Below are positions 37,698 through 47,464 of a stretch of DNA of 64,000 nt, in pieces. Made by a program: the position numbers and the translations under genes. The DNA is taken from the sequence record MT161459.1; one strand, given 5' to 3'. Position 1 is the stretch's first letter; each line of letters starts with the position of its first letter. The notes under the pieces are model-generated. The model was given only the letters and a program-made list of their open reading frames with translations. It made no database searches and was not told where the DNA came from.

Positions 37698-38010
37698 ATT
37701 TTGCAGCATCGTGATCTTCTTTCAGGTACTGGATGGCTGTATTCAACTCCCTGATGGAACCATTTACATCCGCTAGGGTTTTGTTCAACTCCTTGCTAAT
37801 GGTATTCAGTTCAACCTGTTGTTGGATAAGCGCTCCAATCTGCGCGTCTTGTTTGACATTAGTATTGTCGATCGGACCAAGCCTAGACTCAATCCTATCA
37901 ACAGTTCCAGCCAATGCCGTCAATTGGCTATCGAGACTGACTACTGGTGGATATATGACCCAGCAAGCAGAGCGATCGATAGTATGGAATTGCCCACTCT
38001 GGCTTGACAT
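37696..38010 (-). CDS. Coiled-coil protein downstream of the endolysin (possible lysis accessory)
   Basis: Heptad-rich C-terminal two thirds; the N-terminal reading frame is uncertain. Confidence 0.5.
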   Translation of the reverse strand: MSSQSGQFHTIDRSACWVIYPPVVSLDSQLTALAGTVDRIESRLGPIDNTNVKQDAQIGALIQQQVELNTISKELNKTLADVNGSIRELNTAIQYLKEDHDAAK

Positions 38011-38508
38011 TCATAGGCCGTATCCAGCAAGCGATCCCGACCGAAGAACCTCAGTGACCTTCTTGGCACGATTTGGAGTTTGCTTCGCCCAAAGACTATC
38101 TAGTCCGTGACGTTTGGCGCCTTCCCAATCCTTCGATATAAGCGCTTTTAACATCGATGGGAATCCAGCGACACCGTTCGCCCCAAGCTGAAAGACCATG
38201 TTCTCTAAGGCGTTTCTACGCACGTTATCAAGGCTGTTATACACCGGATACAGCTTCTGGTGTCGGTTGATGCTAGACTGCACAACCTGCAGATCTTTTG
38301 CAAATAGAGCTTGTGCTTCGGAGTCAGTTATGATACCATCAGTGATAGATCTCCCTACTTGGGAGCTAAGCTCTTTGCAGATGACTTTCATATCTTTGGT
38401 ACGGACTCTCATAATGAGATGTCCGATACCAATTGTCGGATACCCTTCGGTATCCCAGTAGACTTTGGTCTTGTAACCCTCGTCTTGTTTGAGCATTTTA
38501 TCGATCAT
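38011..38508 (-). CDS. e: T4-type lysozyme (endolysin)
   Basis: DEG.K.KVYWDTEGYPTIGIGHL catalytic motif, NMVFQLG..GVAGF, SLWAKQTPNRAKKV. Confidence 0.93.
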   Translation of the reverse strand: MIDKMLKQDEGYKTKVYWDTEGYPTIGIGHLIMRVRTKDMKVICKELSSQVGRSITDGIITDSEAQALFAKDLQVVQSSINRHQKLYPVYNSLDNVRRNALENMVFQLGANGVAGFPSMLKALISKDWEGAKRHGLDSLWAKQTPNRAKKVTEVLRSGSLAGYGL

Positions 38509-38523
38509 TTTAACCTCCTGATG

Positions 38524-38553
38524 AAAGGGGCCGAAGCCCCTTGGATTATTTAG
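38524..38553 (-). promoter_or_regulatory. Late-promoter-like CTAAATA plus hairpin upstream of lysozyme
   Basis: CGCTAAATA embedded in the last codons of the fibre gene (38547-38553), then GGGGC-TTCG-GCCCC. Confidence 0.55.
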
Positions 38554-41500
38554 CGATTTGCTGGCGCAGTTGATTTACCTCGGCTCGAAGTTCCTTGATC
38601 GCCTCAACCAACAGAGCGTTGACTCCAGAGTTTGAAATAGTCAGCACATTGAGGTTATCAACTGGGTTGACCACTTCGGTTACTGCCTCAGGAAGAACAA
38701 GTTGGACGTCCTGAGCAATCAATCCAACCTCGTGAGTTGAATAATCGTTGGACGATAGCGACTGCTTCTTGTCATATGTGTACGCGCACAGTTGGCTGAC
38801 CTTATCGAGAGCTCCGCTAATCTTCACGAAGTTCTTTTTAAGTCTGCGATCCGATCTGATATTGACGTCGTTGAAGTTGCCGTTCCCAACAACGTACAGA
38901 CCACCGCCGGTATCAGCTTGGAATCGCAGAGCTACTTCCCCGCCAGCTCCGTTGGACGTTGCAAGACGGTAGTTTCCAGATCCATCGATGTACGTACAAA
39001 CTGCGTGCTTCCCTGGCATGTGATACTCTAGCATTGGGTTGGAGCCAGCATTAACTTCAACGCGACCGGCGAGTATACTATCTCCGCGTTTGACCAACTC
39101 GTAAGGTCCCTTCTGATTGCCGCCTTCTTGGCCGCCTATCCACGCTTGAGTTCCAGCAAAGTTGATAGCCAGGTATCCAAAGTATCCAGCCGCATTTCCA
39201 TGAGCTTGGTTGAAAAGATATGTCCATCCAGCATTCGGAATGCCCGCAATGTTAGATCCTTGGAAGAATCCAGATTGGCGGCGGAGGTTACAATCGCCCA
39301 AAACTGTGGAAATGCTCGTTCCGTACGTCCCAAGACCGAATCCAACAGGTGCTGCTCCGACCTCCGCTGCAGTGGGTTTGAATCCTTGGTGATATACTCG
39401 TTGGTCAGCATTGCCAAGGTATATATCGCCGCCGGATACGTTCATACAAATCTTGTTCGTTCCGGCGCCCGTAGTGCCCGTAGAGTAGTACAGGTTCCCT
39501 CCAGCCACCTTTTCCCATAACCACGTTGCGCCAGTCGATTCTCTCATAGATCTGATGTTGATCTGCGTTCCAGTTACTCCATTTCCGTTGTGGAATAATT
39601 GTGATACTGCAGCACCGATAGCCGGAGCGGACGTGAATGTCAACCCACCAGTCATCGTATCGCCAGTTTTCGCAACGTTCTTGGCATCAATTGCATCAGC
39701 GTACGCTTTCGTAGCAAGTGATGTTGACTTGGTTCCCATTCCCTCGCTACTAACTTCTGGCTTATACAAATAAATGGAATCATTCGCTTTGTTATAATGC
39801 CACACAGTTCTACCGGTTGTGCTATCTTCGTTTAATCTAATTCCGCCGCCATCAGAAACGAATACATACGACTTCGGACCGCCAACTGCATCAGATTCTA
39901 CAAAGTTGATAGTCGGATACGTCATATTGATCGTCAATGCGCCAGTCATCGTATCGCCAGTTTTAGCAACACGCTTTGCGTCTTGAGCATCAACGTAATC
40001 CTTTCGTGTACTAGCAGCTGCGTTATCAATCTGCGCAGTGGTCTGGATAAAGTCCTTGGCGGTAAACGATCCAACTGAGGTAATATTTCCGTCAGGTAAT
40101 ACGCTTAGAATCGCAGTTTGTGCTTCCGTCCCATGATTCAATTTAAATGCGTTACCATCAGCCCATAGATGGAATCTGGTATTCGATCCATCCGCAAAGC
40201 TGATACTGCCTCTACCGTGAACGTTGATCGCGTTCTTGACTTGATTGGCAACGATGTTATTATAGAACTGAGTCTTATCCAGCTTGATATCAATTAACTC
40301 ATGTTTGTCACCAGTTGTATTGTGCATTCTGAACTTGAAGTATTCGTTCTTATTGTCACCAGTCTCAAACCACATATAGCTGTCTACATCAGAGTCGCTA
40401 TCGTTCTTGAATCCGATCTTGGCCCAATCGGTATTTCTATTCCACACCAATTGACTATCGTTGCTGAATATCATGCTACCAGAGAGGGTATCGCCCGTTT
40501 TCGCAACGCGTTTGGCATCTTGATCGTCAACGTAGTCCTTGCGAGTACTTGCAGCTGCATTATTGAGTTGCGCGGTGGTCTGGATGAAGTTCTGCGCAAA
40601 CGCTTCACCTTCAACGTCTAGCCACGCTCCTGATGCCCCAGCATTGCCAGCACCTCTCATCAGTCTCACACCATATCCAACTCGATAATCATCATGAACG
40701 GAATGCAACAACTCTACGTGCTGATCGCCAGTTCCATGCTCGAACCGAATACGACCGTAATTCTCCTTGACATCAGCTCCTGGATTTTTCAAAACCAGCG
40801 CAGCTTTCTCGCTAGTAATGGACAGATTGCCAGTCATCGGAATGGTGCCATCAGCAACTAGAACTCGACGGTTTCTATCCCATACTTCGCCACTGCGATT
40901 TGACCATCGTGGCATAATTTCAGACAAGTTAGCAGCAGTTGCTTCTTCCATCGTTCTTGTCAAAAACTCTTTCTTGTCTTCGGCAACGAATTTATCGAGA
41001 TAAACTACAACGCCACCTTTATTTCCCTCATCGCTGTGGAATTTATATTCGGCACCACCACCGCGCAACCATACGATCATTGCGTTAGCAGCTAGAACGA
41101 GGCCACCACAAACAGTCGTGTAAGATTGGCTGAATTCGTTGACGTTGATGTTATGGGAGTTGCCACCCCAACCGCCGTCATTGGTCATTTGGAATTCGAA
41201 TGTCAATCCGCCTTTGTGCGTTTTGTTGTTCCACGTATTCGGTGCGGTTGCTGCATAGTGGCGAGAGAAGCAGTACCGCTTCCAACTAAATCCGTCAGTT
41301 GCACCTCTCAGGTTGATAACCACTGGATAGAACGTAGCTGCATCCCCACCAACTGTGAATGTGGTGTGATATCCGTATCCAACATCAGAGTCTTCGTTCA
41401 GGTTCTCTTTCCACGCAGTCCATGCCATGGTACCGTCATTGCGAGTACGAACGTACACGATATTGGTGCGTTGATCGGTCGCCATTTGAGTTACAAATGT

Positions 41501-42805
41501 GTTCCCATCTTTCTCCGAACCAACGACACTCATAGTACCGTAGTCGAACGGAGGTGGGTTCTTGGATCCAGTTGCCTTTGCGAGATACAAGTTGTAATCG
41601 CCAGTCAGATTCAGGGCATCGAAATCGATTGGCCCTTTGAGCTGCTTGGACTTACCTTCCAGCCCGATACGGTCCTTCACGCTCGCCCACGGAATGAATC
41701 CATCAGAGTCAACCAGAACGCGACCTGAGTTGGACCACTTCATGGTAGAGTACAGGAGTACGTCCTTAGTGGTATAAGTTTGAGCGTCAGTCTTGTACCC
41801 GATATACAGATCGCCACCAGCACCACTAACTGTTACGTGACCGTTGTTGTGATCGCGGAAAATGCTGTATTCTTTACCGCCAGTGATAGAGTTAATACCA
41901 CCCACGCCATCGAGTTTGATGATACCGTTGTTCTTCATGGTACCGCCTGAACGACTCAGCGCATCTGCTGGAAGATCATCGAGCTTGATCTTGTCGTCAG
42001 AGCTCATGGATCCGGAACTAGCGCGAGTAGCTGGAGTGATGCTGATGACTGGGTTGATACCGCCAGTTGATACGACAGGAGACGTTGCAGTCACGCTCTT
42101 CACGCTCGTTGCATTCAGCTTGTCCACGTACCCCTTGTGAGCGGCTTGAGTCGCAGCAGTTGGATCCGCTGCTGGTACAGTAATATGAGAGCTGAATGTC
42201 TTGATCCCAGCAATAGTCTGGTTCCCTGAGATCTTGACATTTTGTGCATCCAGGGTCGTTACCCTCGTATCCAAAGCAGCGACAGTTGCGTTAGATGCAG
42301 CATCCTTGGAATCGGTATAATCCATGGATCGCTTGACTTCAGCATCAACATAGTCTTTGCGGGTCAGATGACTAGCAGAAGATGGCATAGTAGCTTGAAC
42401 GGATACCTGTCCACCGCCAATGTCCACGTACTTGGTGATGTTGTCCGTATACAGACGCATGATCCCAGTATTGGAAGTCAGCACTTGGATGCCTGCACGT
42501 CCAGATCCATCTTTGCGATTGGAGGTGAGCAGCCAGTGAGCACTAGAGTCGTTCTCGATAACCTGACTAAACGCTCCGCGAGGTGCAGATGCCCAGCTTC
42601 CATTGGCACCGACACCGAACACACGTCCAGTAGTATCGACATCGCCCTTGAGGCTCAGACCGCCATTGATTGTTTGGCCGCCAATGTCCGTGATGACATC
42701 GAACTGTCTGAAAAACAACTTGTCGTCAACAGGGTTCAGATCCAGGATCCCTTGGTGCCAGACCAAGTTCCCGCCAATCTGCGTCCCTAATTTTAATTCT
42801 GCCAT
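38546..42805 (-). CDS. Long tail fibre distal subunit 2 (gp36/37-like) with C-terminal S74 intramolecular chaperone
   Basis: gp36-like N-terminus LKLGTQIGGNLVWHQG, repeated RKDYVD..DAK.VAKTGDT modules, C-terminal IRSDRRLKKN...LLVEAIKEL. Confidence 0.9.
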   Translation of the reverse strand: MAELKLGTQIGGNLVWHQGILDLNPVDDKLFFRQFDVITDIGGQTINGGLSLKGDVDTTGRVFGVGANGSWASAPRGAFSQVIENDSSAHWLLTSNRKDGSGRAGIQVLTSNTGIMRLYTDNITKYVDIGGGQVSVQATMPSSASHLTRKDYVDAEVKRSMDYTDSKDAASNATVAALDTRVTTLDAQNVKISGNQTIAGIKTFSSHITVPAADPTAATQAAHKGYVDKLNATSVKSVTATSPVVSTGGINPVISITPATRASSGSMSSDDKIKLDDLPADALSRSGGTMKNNGIIKLDGVGGINSITGGKEYSIFRDHNNGHVTVSGAGGDLYIGYKTDAQTYTTKDVLLYSTMKWSNSGRVLVDSDGFIPWASVKDRIGLEGKSKQLKGPIDFDALNLTGDYNLYLAKATGSKNPPPFDYGTMSVVGSEKDGNTFVTQMATDQRTNIVYVRTRNDGTMAWTAWKENLNEDSDVGYGYHTTFTVGGDAATFYPVVINLRGATDGFSWKRYCFSRHYAATAPNTWNNKTHKGGLTFEFQMTNDGGWGGNSHNINVNEFSQSYTTVCGGLVLAANAMIVWLRGGGAEYKFHSDEGNKGGVVVYLDKFVAEDKKEFLTRTMEEATAANLSEIMPRWSNRSGEVWDRNRRVLVADGTIPMTGNLSITSEKAALVLKNPGADVKENYGRIRFEHGTGDQHVELLHSVHDDYRVGYGVRLMRGAGNAGASGAWLDVEGEAFAQNFIQTTAQLNNAAASTRKDYVDDQDAKRVAKTGDTLSGSMIFSNDSQLVWNRNTDWAKIGFKNDSDSDVDSYMWFETGDNKNEYFKFRMHNTTGDKHELIDIKLDKTQFYNNIVANQVKNAINVHGRGSISFADGSNTRFHLWADGNAFKLNHGTEAQTAILSVLPDGNITSVGSFTAKDFIQTTAQIDNAAASTRKDYVDAQDAKRVAKTGDTMTGALTINMTYPTINFVESDAVGGPKSYVFVSDGGGIRLNEDSTTGRTVWHYNKANDSIYLYKPEVSSEGMGTKSTSLATKAYADAIDAKNVAKTGDTMTGGLTFTSAPAIGAAVSQLFHNGNGVTGTQINIRSMRESTGATWLWEKVAGGNLYYSTGTTGAGTNKICMNVSGGDIYLGNADQRVYHQGFKPTAAEVGAAPVGFGLGTYGTSISTVLGDCNLRRQSGFFQGSNIAGIPNAGWTYLFNQAHGNAAGYFGYLAINFAGTQAWIGGQEGGNQKGPYELVKRGDSILAGRVEVNAGSNPMLEYHMPGKHAVCTYIDGSGNYRLATSNGAGGEVALRFQADTGGGLYVVGNGNFNDVNIRSDRRLKKNFVKISGALDKVSQLCAYTYDKKQSLSSNDYSTHEVGLIAQDVQLVLPEAVTEVVNPVDNLNVLTISNSGVNALLVEAIKELRAEVNQLRQQIAK

Positions 42806-42826
42806 TGAAGGTCTCCTCTTTACACG

Positions 42827-42833
42827 TATTTAG
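42827..42833 (-). promoter_or_regulatory. Late-promoter-like CTAAATA
   Basis: CCCTAAATA 22 nt upstream of the fibre-2 ATG. Confidence 0.65.
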
Positions 42834-42841
42834 GGTAAAAG

Positions 42842-42862
42842 AAAAGGCCCCGAAGGGCCTTT
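42842..42862 (-). terminator. Intrinsic terminator after the gp38-like gene
   Basis: AAGGCCC-TTCG-GGGCCTTTT on the minus strand. Confidence 0.8.
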
Positions 42863-42863
42863 G

Positions 42864-43313
42864 TTATAGGTTGAATGTCCAATCGTATCTCTTGTTGGGA
42901 GAGAATGGAGCGTTGCCGAATGTAACGGTTGCGCTGCCTGCTGCACTCCAAGCTTTACCAATCTTGATCCGAGATAAGCTCATCCTCTGCCAAGTATTTG
43001 GCTTGATCCCCTCGGCCACAGCAACTCCAGAACAAGCTACATATACCCACGGATCGCCACTCAGAATGGCATATTGAGCGATCGCTCCATACGGACCGCT
43101 ATGTTTGATGATGACGTTAGAGCCATCGAACCAGAACTCTGGCGCATAGCCGTATAGTCGAGGAGCTTCAATCAGATTGAAGTACACTTTGTCGACCAAC
43201 TCGCTGATCATCCCAGCAGCGCCTAGTCCAGCTTGGGTCCGCATATTCGAACCCCATCCATTTGCTCTTAGCTCCGCATTTGCAGTGCTCATGAAAAACG
43301 GTAGTGCTACCAT
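42864..43313 (-). CDS. 38: gp38-like fibre-tip adhesin/assembly protein
   Basis: Follows distal fibre 1; N-terminal helical attachment-like segment (FFMSTA...GMISELV); hairpin-bridged SD as described for T4 gene 38. Confidence 0.6.
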   Translation of the reverse strand: MVALPFFMSTANAELRANGWGSNMRTQAGLGAAGMISELVDKVYFNLIEAPRLYGYAPEFWFDGSNVIIKHSGPYGAIAQYAILSGDPWVYVACSGVAVAEGIKPNTWQRMSLSRIKIGKAWSAAGSATVTFGNAPFSPNKRYDWTFNL

Positions 43314-43347
43314 AATTTTGACGGGGGATTTCTCCCCCGACCTCCTT
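43314..43347 (-). promoter_or_regulatory. Split ribosome-binding site bridged by a hairpin
   Basis: AAGGAGG-t-CGGGGGA-GAAA-TCCCCCG-tcaaaatt-ATG. Confidence 0.75.
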
Positions 43348-46300
43348 TAGTTAAGTTTAGATTCCAGGTATTTAACTCTGTCCGTTAGTTCCTTGATCGC
43401 TTCCACCAACAGAGCGTTGACTCCGGAGTTGGAAACTGTTAGGTACTCGTTACCAGCGGTATTTTTGAATGTCCCGACGGATTCCGGAAGAACCTTCTGC
43501 AGATCTTGAGCGATAATACCAGCTTCGCGTTTGTCGCATCCAATCTTATCGAACGTGAATCCTGAGAGCATACCAACCTTCTCAACGGCGCTCACGATCG
43601 GCAGGAAGTTGGACTTCAATCGACGGTCCGATCTGATCTGGACATCGTTGAATGATCCATTGCGACTGAACTGAACATCACCGTTGGCTAGATTCATCGT
43701 CATTGGGTGAATGCCGTTGGGACCAGCATCGAACGTATCCCCATTCGCGCCAGCAGATCTCAGAATGTAGAAGATACCACTGTTGGTATGCAGGAATGAG
43801 GAGTGGTTATCCAGATCTTGCAACAACACCGTTGGTGAGCTGTTGTTGATTGTCAAATAACCATCGTTGAGCTGCGTAATAGGCTTGTTGAATGCAAACT
43901 TCGGTCTATCAGTGTAGATGTGCGCATAGCTGCTATTCTGAGCACCGATATCAACAGAACCATTGGTACTGAAAATCTGGAGCTGCTTACTGCCGCCAAC
44001 CGCCAGACGAGTTGTGAAGTCCTCGGTGCTATTGGTGTCATGGAAGTCGATGTACTTCGCGACTTCCATGACACCGTTGGATCCAATGAATGGAACCTTC
44101 CCAACTACTCCTGCCCAAGAGTTGCCGTTATCAACCACCATAGTGTCATTGATCTGACGTCTCCACTTTGGTTGATATGACGCACCTTGGTTGTTGTAGA
44201 TAAACTCACTTTGTGTGTTGTTCTGAGCCCCAGGCATGGAGGTTCCGGACATCGTTGGCGTGGTCAGACGGATCGTATATTCGGCAATTCCATTCACCTC
44301 AACGGTACATCCAGCCAAGTGAATGTTGCCGTATCCAGTATCGGTCAATACGTTATTGGCAGCGTAGTTCCACGTTACATTGCCAACCCAATCGACAGTC
44401 TTGAATGCACCCATAGCAGTCAACAGCTCGATGAATCGAGCAGTCGTGATTCCCGTTTCTCCCGAGGTCTTACCTGCAGCTTTGTCACCGAATGTGATCT
44501 GATGACCGGTAACGTTGACGTTGTCCTTAACGAAGATATCGGTCTTGACTACGAGGTTACCGGTCATCGTGTCACCAGTTTTGGCCACATTCTTCGCATC
44601 TACCGCATCGACGTAATCTTTACGAGCTGCCGAGTTAGCCTCAGTTCCTTGGGCTGCCGATAGTAGGACTTTCGGTACAGTCAAGTTACCGGACATAGTG
44701 TCACCGGTTTTAATGACGTATCTTGCATCGCTCGTCGATTTGGAATATACATCATTTCGAAGAGTAGTAACTAGGTTATCGACGTAGTCTTTGCGAGTAC
44801 ATGCAGCAGCGCTCGTGGATTGAGCTGTGGTCTGGATGAAATCTGGAGCGTTCAATGTACCAGTCATTGTGTCGCCAGCTCTGGACACCAAGTTCAGATC
44901 AACGTTCGTTGGCTTGTTCAGGTTGGTGTAGATTTCTGCCCAGATAGGAGCGTTCGTTCCGGTTTGGTTTGTGCCGATGTAGTTCTTGTTATCAGTATCA
45001 CCATACGGAATATAGATCCCTGCGTATCCGCCTGCACTATCCCGACGACCTAGAATATTCCAATAACCGCCCTTCATTCCAGCTGGACCGCCAACGGAGT
45101 CTGGCTTAACCATTCGAGCTTGGCCCAGAGGTCCAGCCCATTGGTTGGCAGGGACTGTAACGTATGCCAGTGCATCTTTGCCGAGGTTGGTAGCGTTATC
45201 AATGATGCTTGGGACGGTCAGACGACCGGTCATAGTATCGCCAGTTCTGTTGACTGCAGCAGCAGGAATGCCGTCCAGCTTAGCCTTATCAGCAAAGCTC
45301 ATTGCGCCGTCAGTCTGGTTGGTAGCGTTATCCAAGCTAATGACTGGATTGATACCGCCAGTGCTCTTGACTGCTCCAGTTGCAGTTACGGACTGAACAG
45401 CAGTTCCGACTTTGTCATCCACATACTTCTTGGTAACCAGGTGATTATCGGCCGTACCAGTTTTGTAGATCGCGATCGTGCCATCGTTGTTGAACACGCT
45501 TTCGCCTGCTGGAGTGCCAATACCCTGAGGTCTTATTGACAATACTCCAGTACCGCCACCAAGTATAGTACGCCCATCAGCCCCTACAAACATACCCTGA
45601 GCATTGTTCGTCGAACGCACAAATCCGTAGTCGGTGGATGCCTTGAACTGAGTAGCGATCAGTACACCAGTCATAGTGTCACCAGCTTTTGCTACAGTCT
45701 TCGCATCCTGAGCGTCGACGTAGTCCTTACGAGCGCTAGCTGCACCGTTACTAGACTGCGGAGTGGTCTGGATGAAGTCTGGACCGTTCAATGATCCGGT
45801 CATGGTATCGCCAGCTCTGGACACCAAGTTCAGATCGACGTTTGTTGGTTTGTTGTCGGAGCTGTAAATCCGCTCCCTAACTTCGACATCGGTGACTGTG
45901 TAGCTAGTTGCGTCGGAAATCAGGATTGGATCTGCGCCGTAACAGTATCCGTCGATGACCAGAGTTGCTGCAGAAACTGCCGCGCGATACATCGCCAGAT
46001 ATTCGACTCCATTGTGAGTCGTGTATACCAGTTTGACCGGAGTGCCGCCAGATGCGTAGTGGATCTGAGCATCGGTCGCTGTGTATCCAGTCACAGCAGA
46101 TAAGTCGACGTAGTTTGCTTGGAGAGTTGATGTCGTTGCACCGCGATCGAACGTTACACGACCAACAAATCCACTCTTAGGCAGAGCAGCGCCGATGTAT
46201 TTCGGACAGAATAGAACCAGCACAGGCTTCGCATCATTTTGCGGTCCCAATTGCTTCATGATGCGACGAACGCCCCATCCAGTCACGCACTGGAAGGTGC

Positions 46301-47432
46301 TATTCCGAATGGTCAGAGGTCCAGTCATTTCATCGCCAGCGCGAGAAACCAGATTCAGCTCGTCATTAGTCGGCTTATCATCTTCGTGGTAGATGCGAGT
46401 AGATGCCATCCAATCTGCACGACCGTGTTTGAACCACAATCTCTTGTCGTCGGCGTCGGAACGCGCAGCAGAGAATAGAGACCACGCTGCGTAGTTGCCT
46501 TCCCACCCCTTGACCGTGAACCCAGACACCCAACTACTCGTAACATCACTCTGGTTAGTGAAGTACAATCCCATCGTTTTTGGATCCAACGCACTTGGCT
46601 GAATCATTGTAGCTCGCTCGTCCTTGACGCGCAACCAACTCTTGGTATCAATCTCAGCCTTGTTATAAGCGCCTAGGTCGTTTGGCGTTGGCTTGTTTGC
46701 TGGGTGATACACCATGTGGTCGCCAACGTATAGTGGCGTATTCGAAATGTTCTTGGTCGTTCTAACATCAAACCCCGATGTTCTATTTCCAACTCCGGCA
46801 CCAGCAGATCTGATTTCAAGCAGATCTCCACCCTTCGCTTGATCATACGGCCCCATTCTGAAAAAGGTAGAATTGCCTGCTGCGTCCCACCCAGCGGTAA
46901 CGCTTGCCACTTCGTTTACACGAACCTTTCTTGACGCTGAGTCGAACAACAGATCGCCAGTCATAGTATCGCCAGCTTTGGCCACGTTCTTAGCATCGAT
47001 AGCATCCACGTAGTCTTTACGAACAAAGCTGTTTGCAGCTGTCGATTGAGCAGCGTTGGTCAATACAGAGTTTTGGAAGATTGCTGATGCACCATGAGCG
47101 AGTTCCAGAATCAACCCAGCATCGGTATTCCCAGTCGAGATCCGATATTTCGTATTCTGGACTGTTTCGTGCCAAATCGTATCATTATTACCGCCGCGGA
47201 ATTTTCTCAGCATACTCTTGGAGCCAGCTGGCAATACAGAGATACTTTCGATATCGTATTGGTTAGCTGGGACATTGAACTTCATGGTGCCCTTGAGAGT
47301 CTGATAACCAGTATCGACTAGCACCTCTTGATCTTGAAAGTACAGCTTGGTGTCAACTGGGTTTAGGTCCAAGATCCCTTGGTGCCATACCAAGTTACCA
47401 CCAATCTGCGTACCTAATTTTAGGTCAGCCAT
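43347..47432 (-). CDS. Long tail fibre distal subunit 1 (gp36/37-like) with C-terminal S74 chaperone
   Basis: Same N-terminal motif as fibre 2, fibre repeat modules, IRSDRRLKSN...LLVEAIKEL. Confidence 0.9.
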   Translation of the reverse strand: MADLKLGTQIGGNLVWHQGILDLNPVDTKLYFQDQEVLVDTGYQTLKGTMKFNVPANQYDIESISVLPAGSKSMLRKFRGGNNDTIWHETVQNTKYRISTGNTDAGLILELAHGASAIFQNSVLTNAAQSTAANSFVRKDYVDAIDAKNVAKAGDTMTGDLLFDSASRKVRVNEVASVTAGWDAAGNSTFFRMGPYDQAKGGDLLEIRSAGAGVGNRTSGFDVRTTKNISNTPLYVGDHMVYHPANKPTPNDLGAYNKAEIDTKSWLRVKDERATMIQPSALDPKTMGLYFTNQSDVTSSWVSGFTVKGWEGNYAAWSLFSAARSDADDKRLWFKHGRADWMASTRIYHEDDKPTNDELNLVSRAGDEMTGPLTIRNSTFQCVTGWGVRRIMKQLGPQNDAKPVLVLFCPKYIGAALPKSGFVGRVTFDRGATTSTLQANYVDLSAVTGYTATDAQIHYASGGTPVKLVYTTHNGVEYLAMYRAAVSAATLVIDGYCYGADPILISDATSYTVTDVEVRERIYSSDNKPTNVDLNLVSRAGDTMTGSLNGPDFIQTTPQSSNGAASARKDYVDAQDAKTVAKAGDTMTGVLIATQFKASTDYGFVRSTNNAQGMFVGADGRTILGGGTGVLSIRPQGIGTPAGESVFNNDGTIAIYKTGTADNHLVTKKYVDDKVGTAVQSVTATGAVKSTGGINPVISLDNATNQTDGAMSFADKAKLDGIPAAAVNRTGDTMTGRLTVPSIIDNATNLGKDALAYVTVPANQWAGPLGQARMVKPDSVGGPAGMKGGYWNILGRRDSAGGYAGIYIPYGDTDNKNYIGTNQTGTNAPIWAEIYTNLNKPTNVDLNLVSRAGDTMTGTLNAPDFIQTTAQSTSAAACTRKDYVDNLVTTLRNDVYSKSTSDARYVIKTGDTMSGNLTVPKVLLSAAQGTEANSAARKDYVDAVDAKNVAKTGDTMTGNLVVKTDIFVKDNVNVTGHQITFGDKAAGKTSGETGITTARFIELLTAMGAFKTVDWVGNVTWNYAANNVLTDTGYGNIHLAGCTVEVNGIAEYTIRLTTPTMSGTSMPGAQNNTQSEFIYNNQGASYQPKWRRQINDTMVVDNGNSWAGVVGKVPFIGSNGVMEVAKYIDFHDTNSTEDFTTRLAVGGSKQLQIFSTNGSVDIGAQNSSYAHIYTDRPKFAFNKPITQLNDGYLTINNSSPTVLLQDLDNHSSFLHTNSGIFYILRSAGANGDTFDAGPNGIHPMTMNLANGDVQFSRNGSFNDVQIRSDRRLKSNFLPIVSAVEKVGMLSGFTFDKIGCDKREAGIIAQDLQKVLPESVGTFKNTAGNEYLTVSNSGVNALLVEAIKELTDRVKYLESKLN

Positions 47433-47455
47433 TAGAGTCTCCTTATGTATTGATT

Positions 47456-47462
47456 TATTTAG
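47456..47462 (-). promoter_or_regulatory. Late-promoter-like CTAAATA
   Basis: CGCTAAATA 24 nt upstream of the fibre-1 ATG. Confidence 0.65.
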
Positions 47463-47464
47463 CG

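Noticed and set aside
38546-47432. Invertase- or DGR-mediated fibre switching
   Set aside because: Both fibre genes are in the same orientation, and no recombinase, reverse transcriptase or TR/VR pair is visible.
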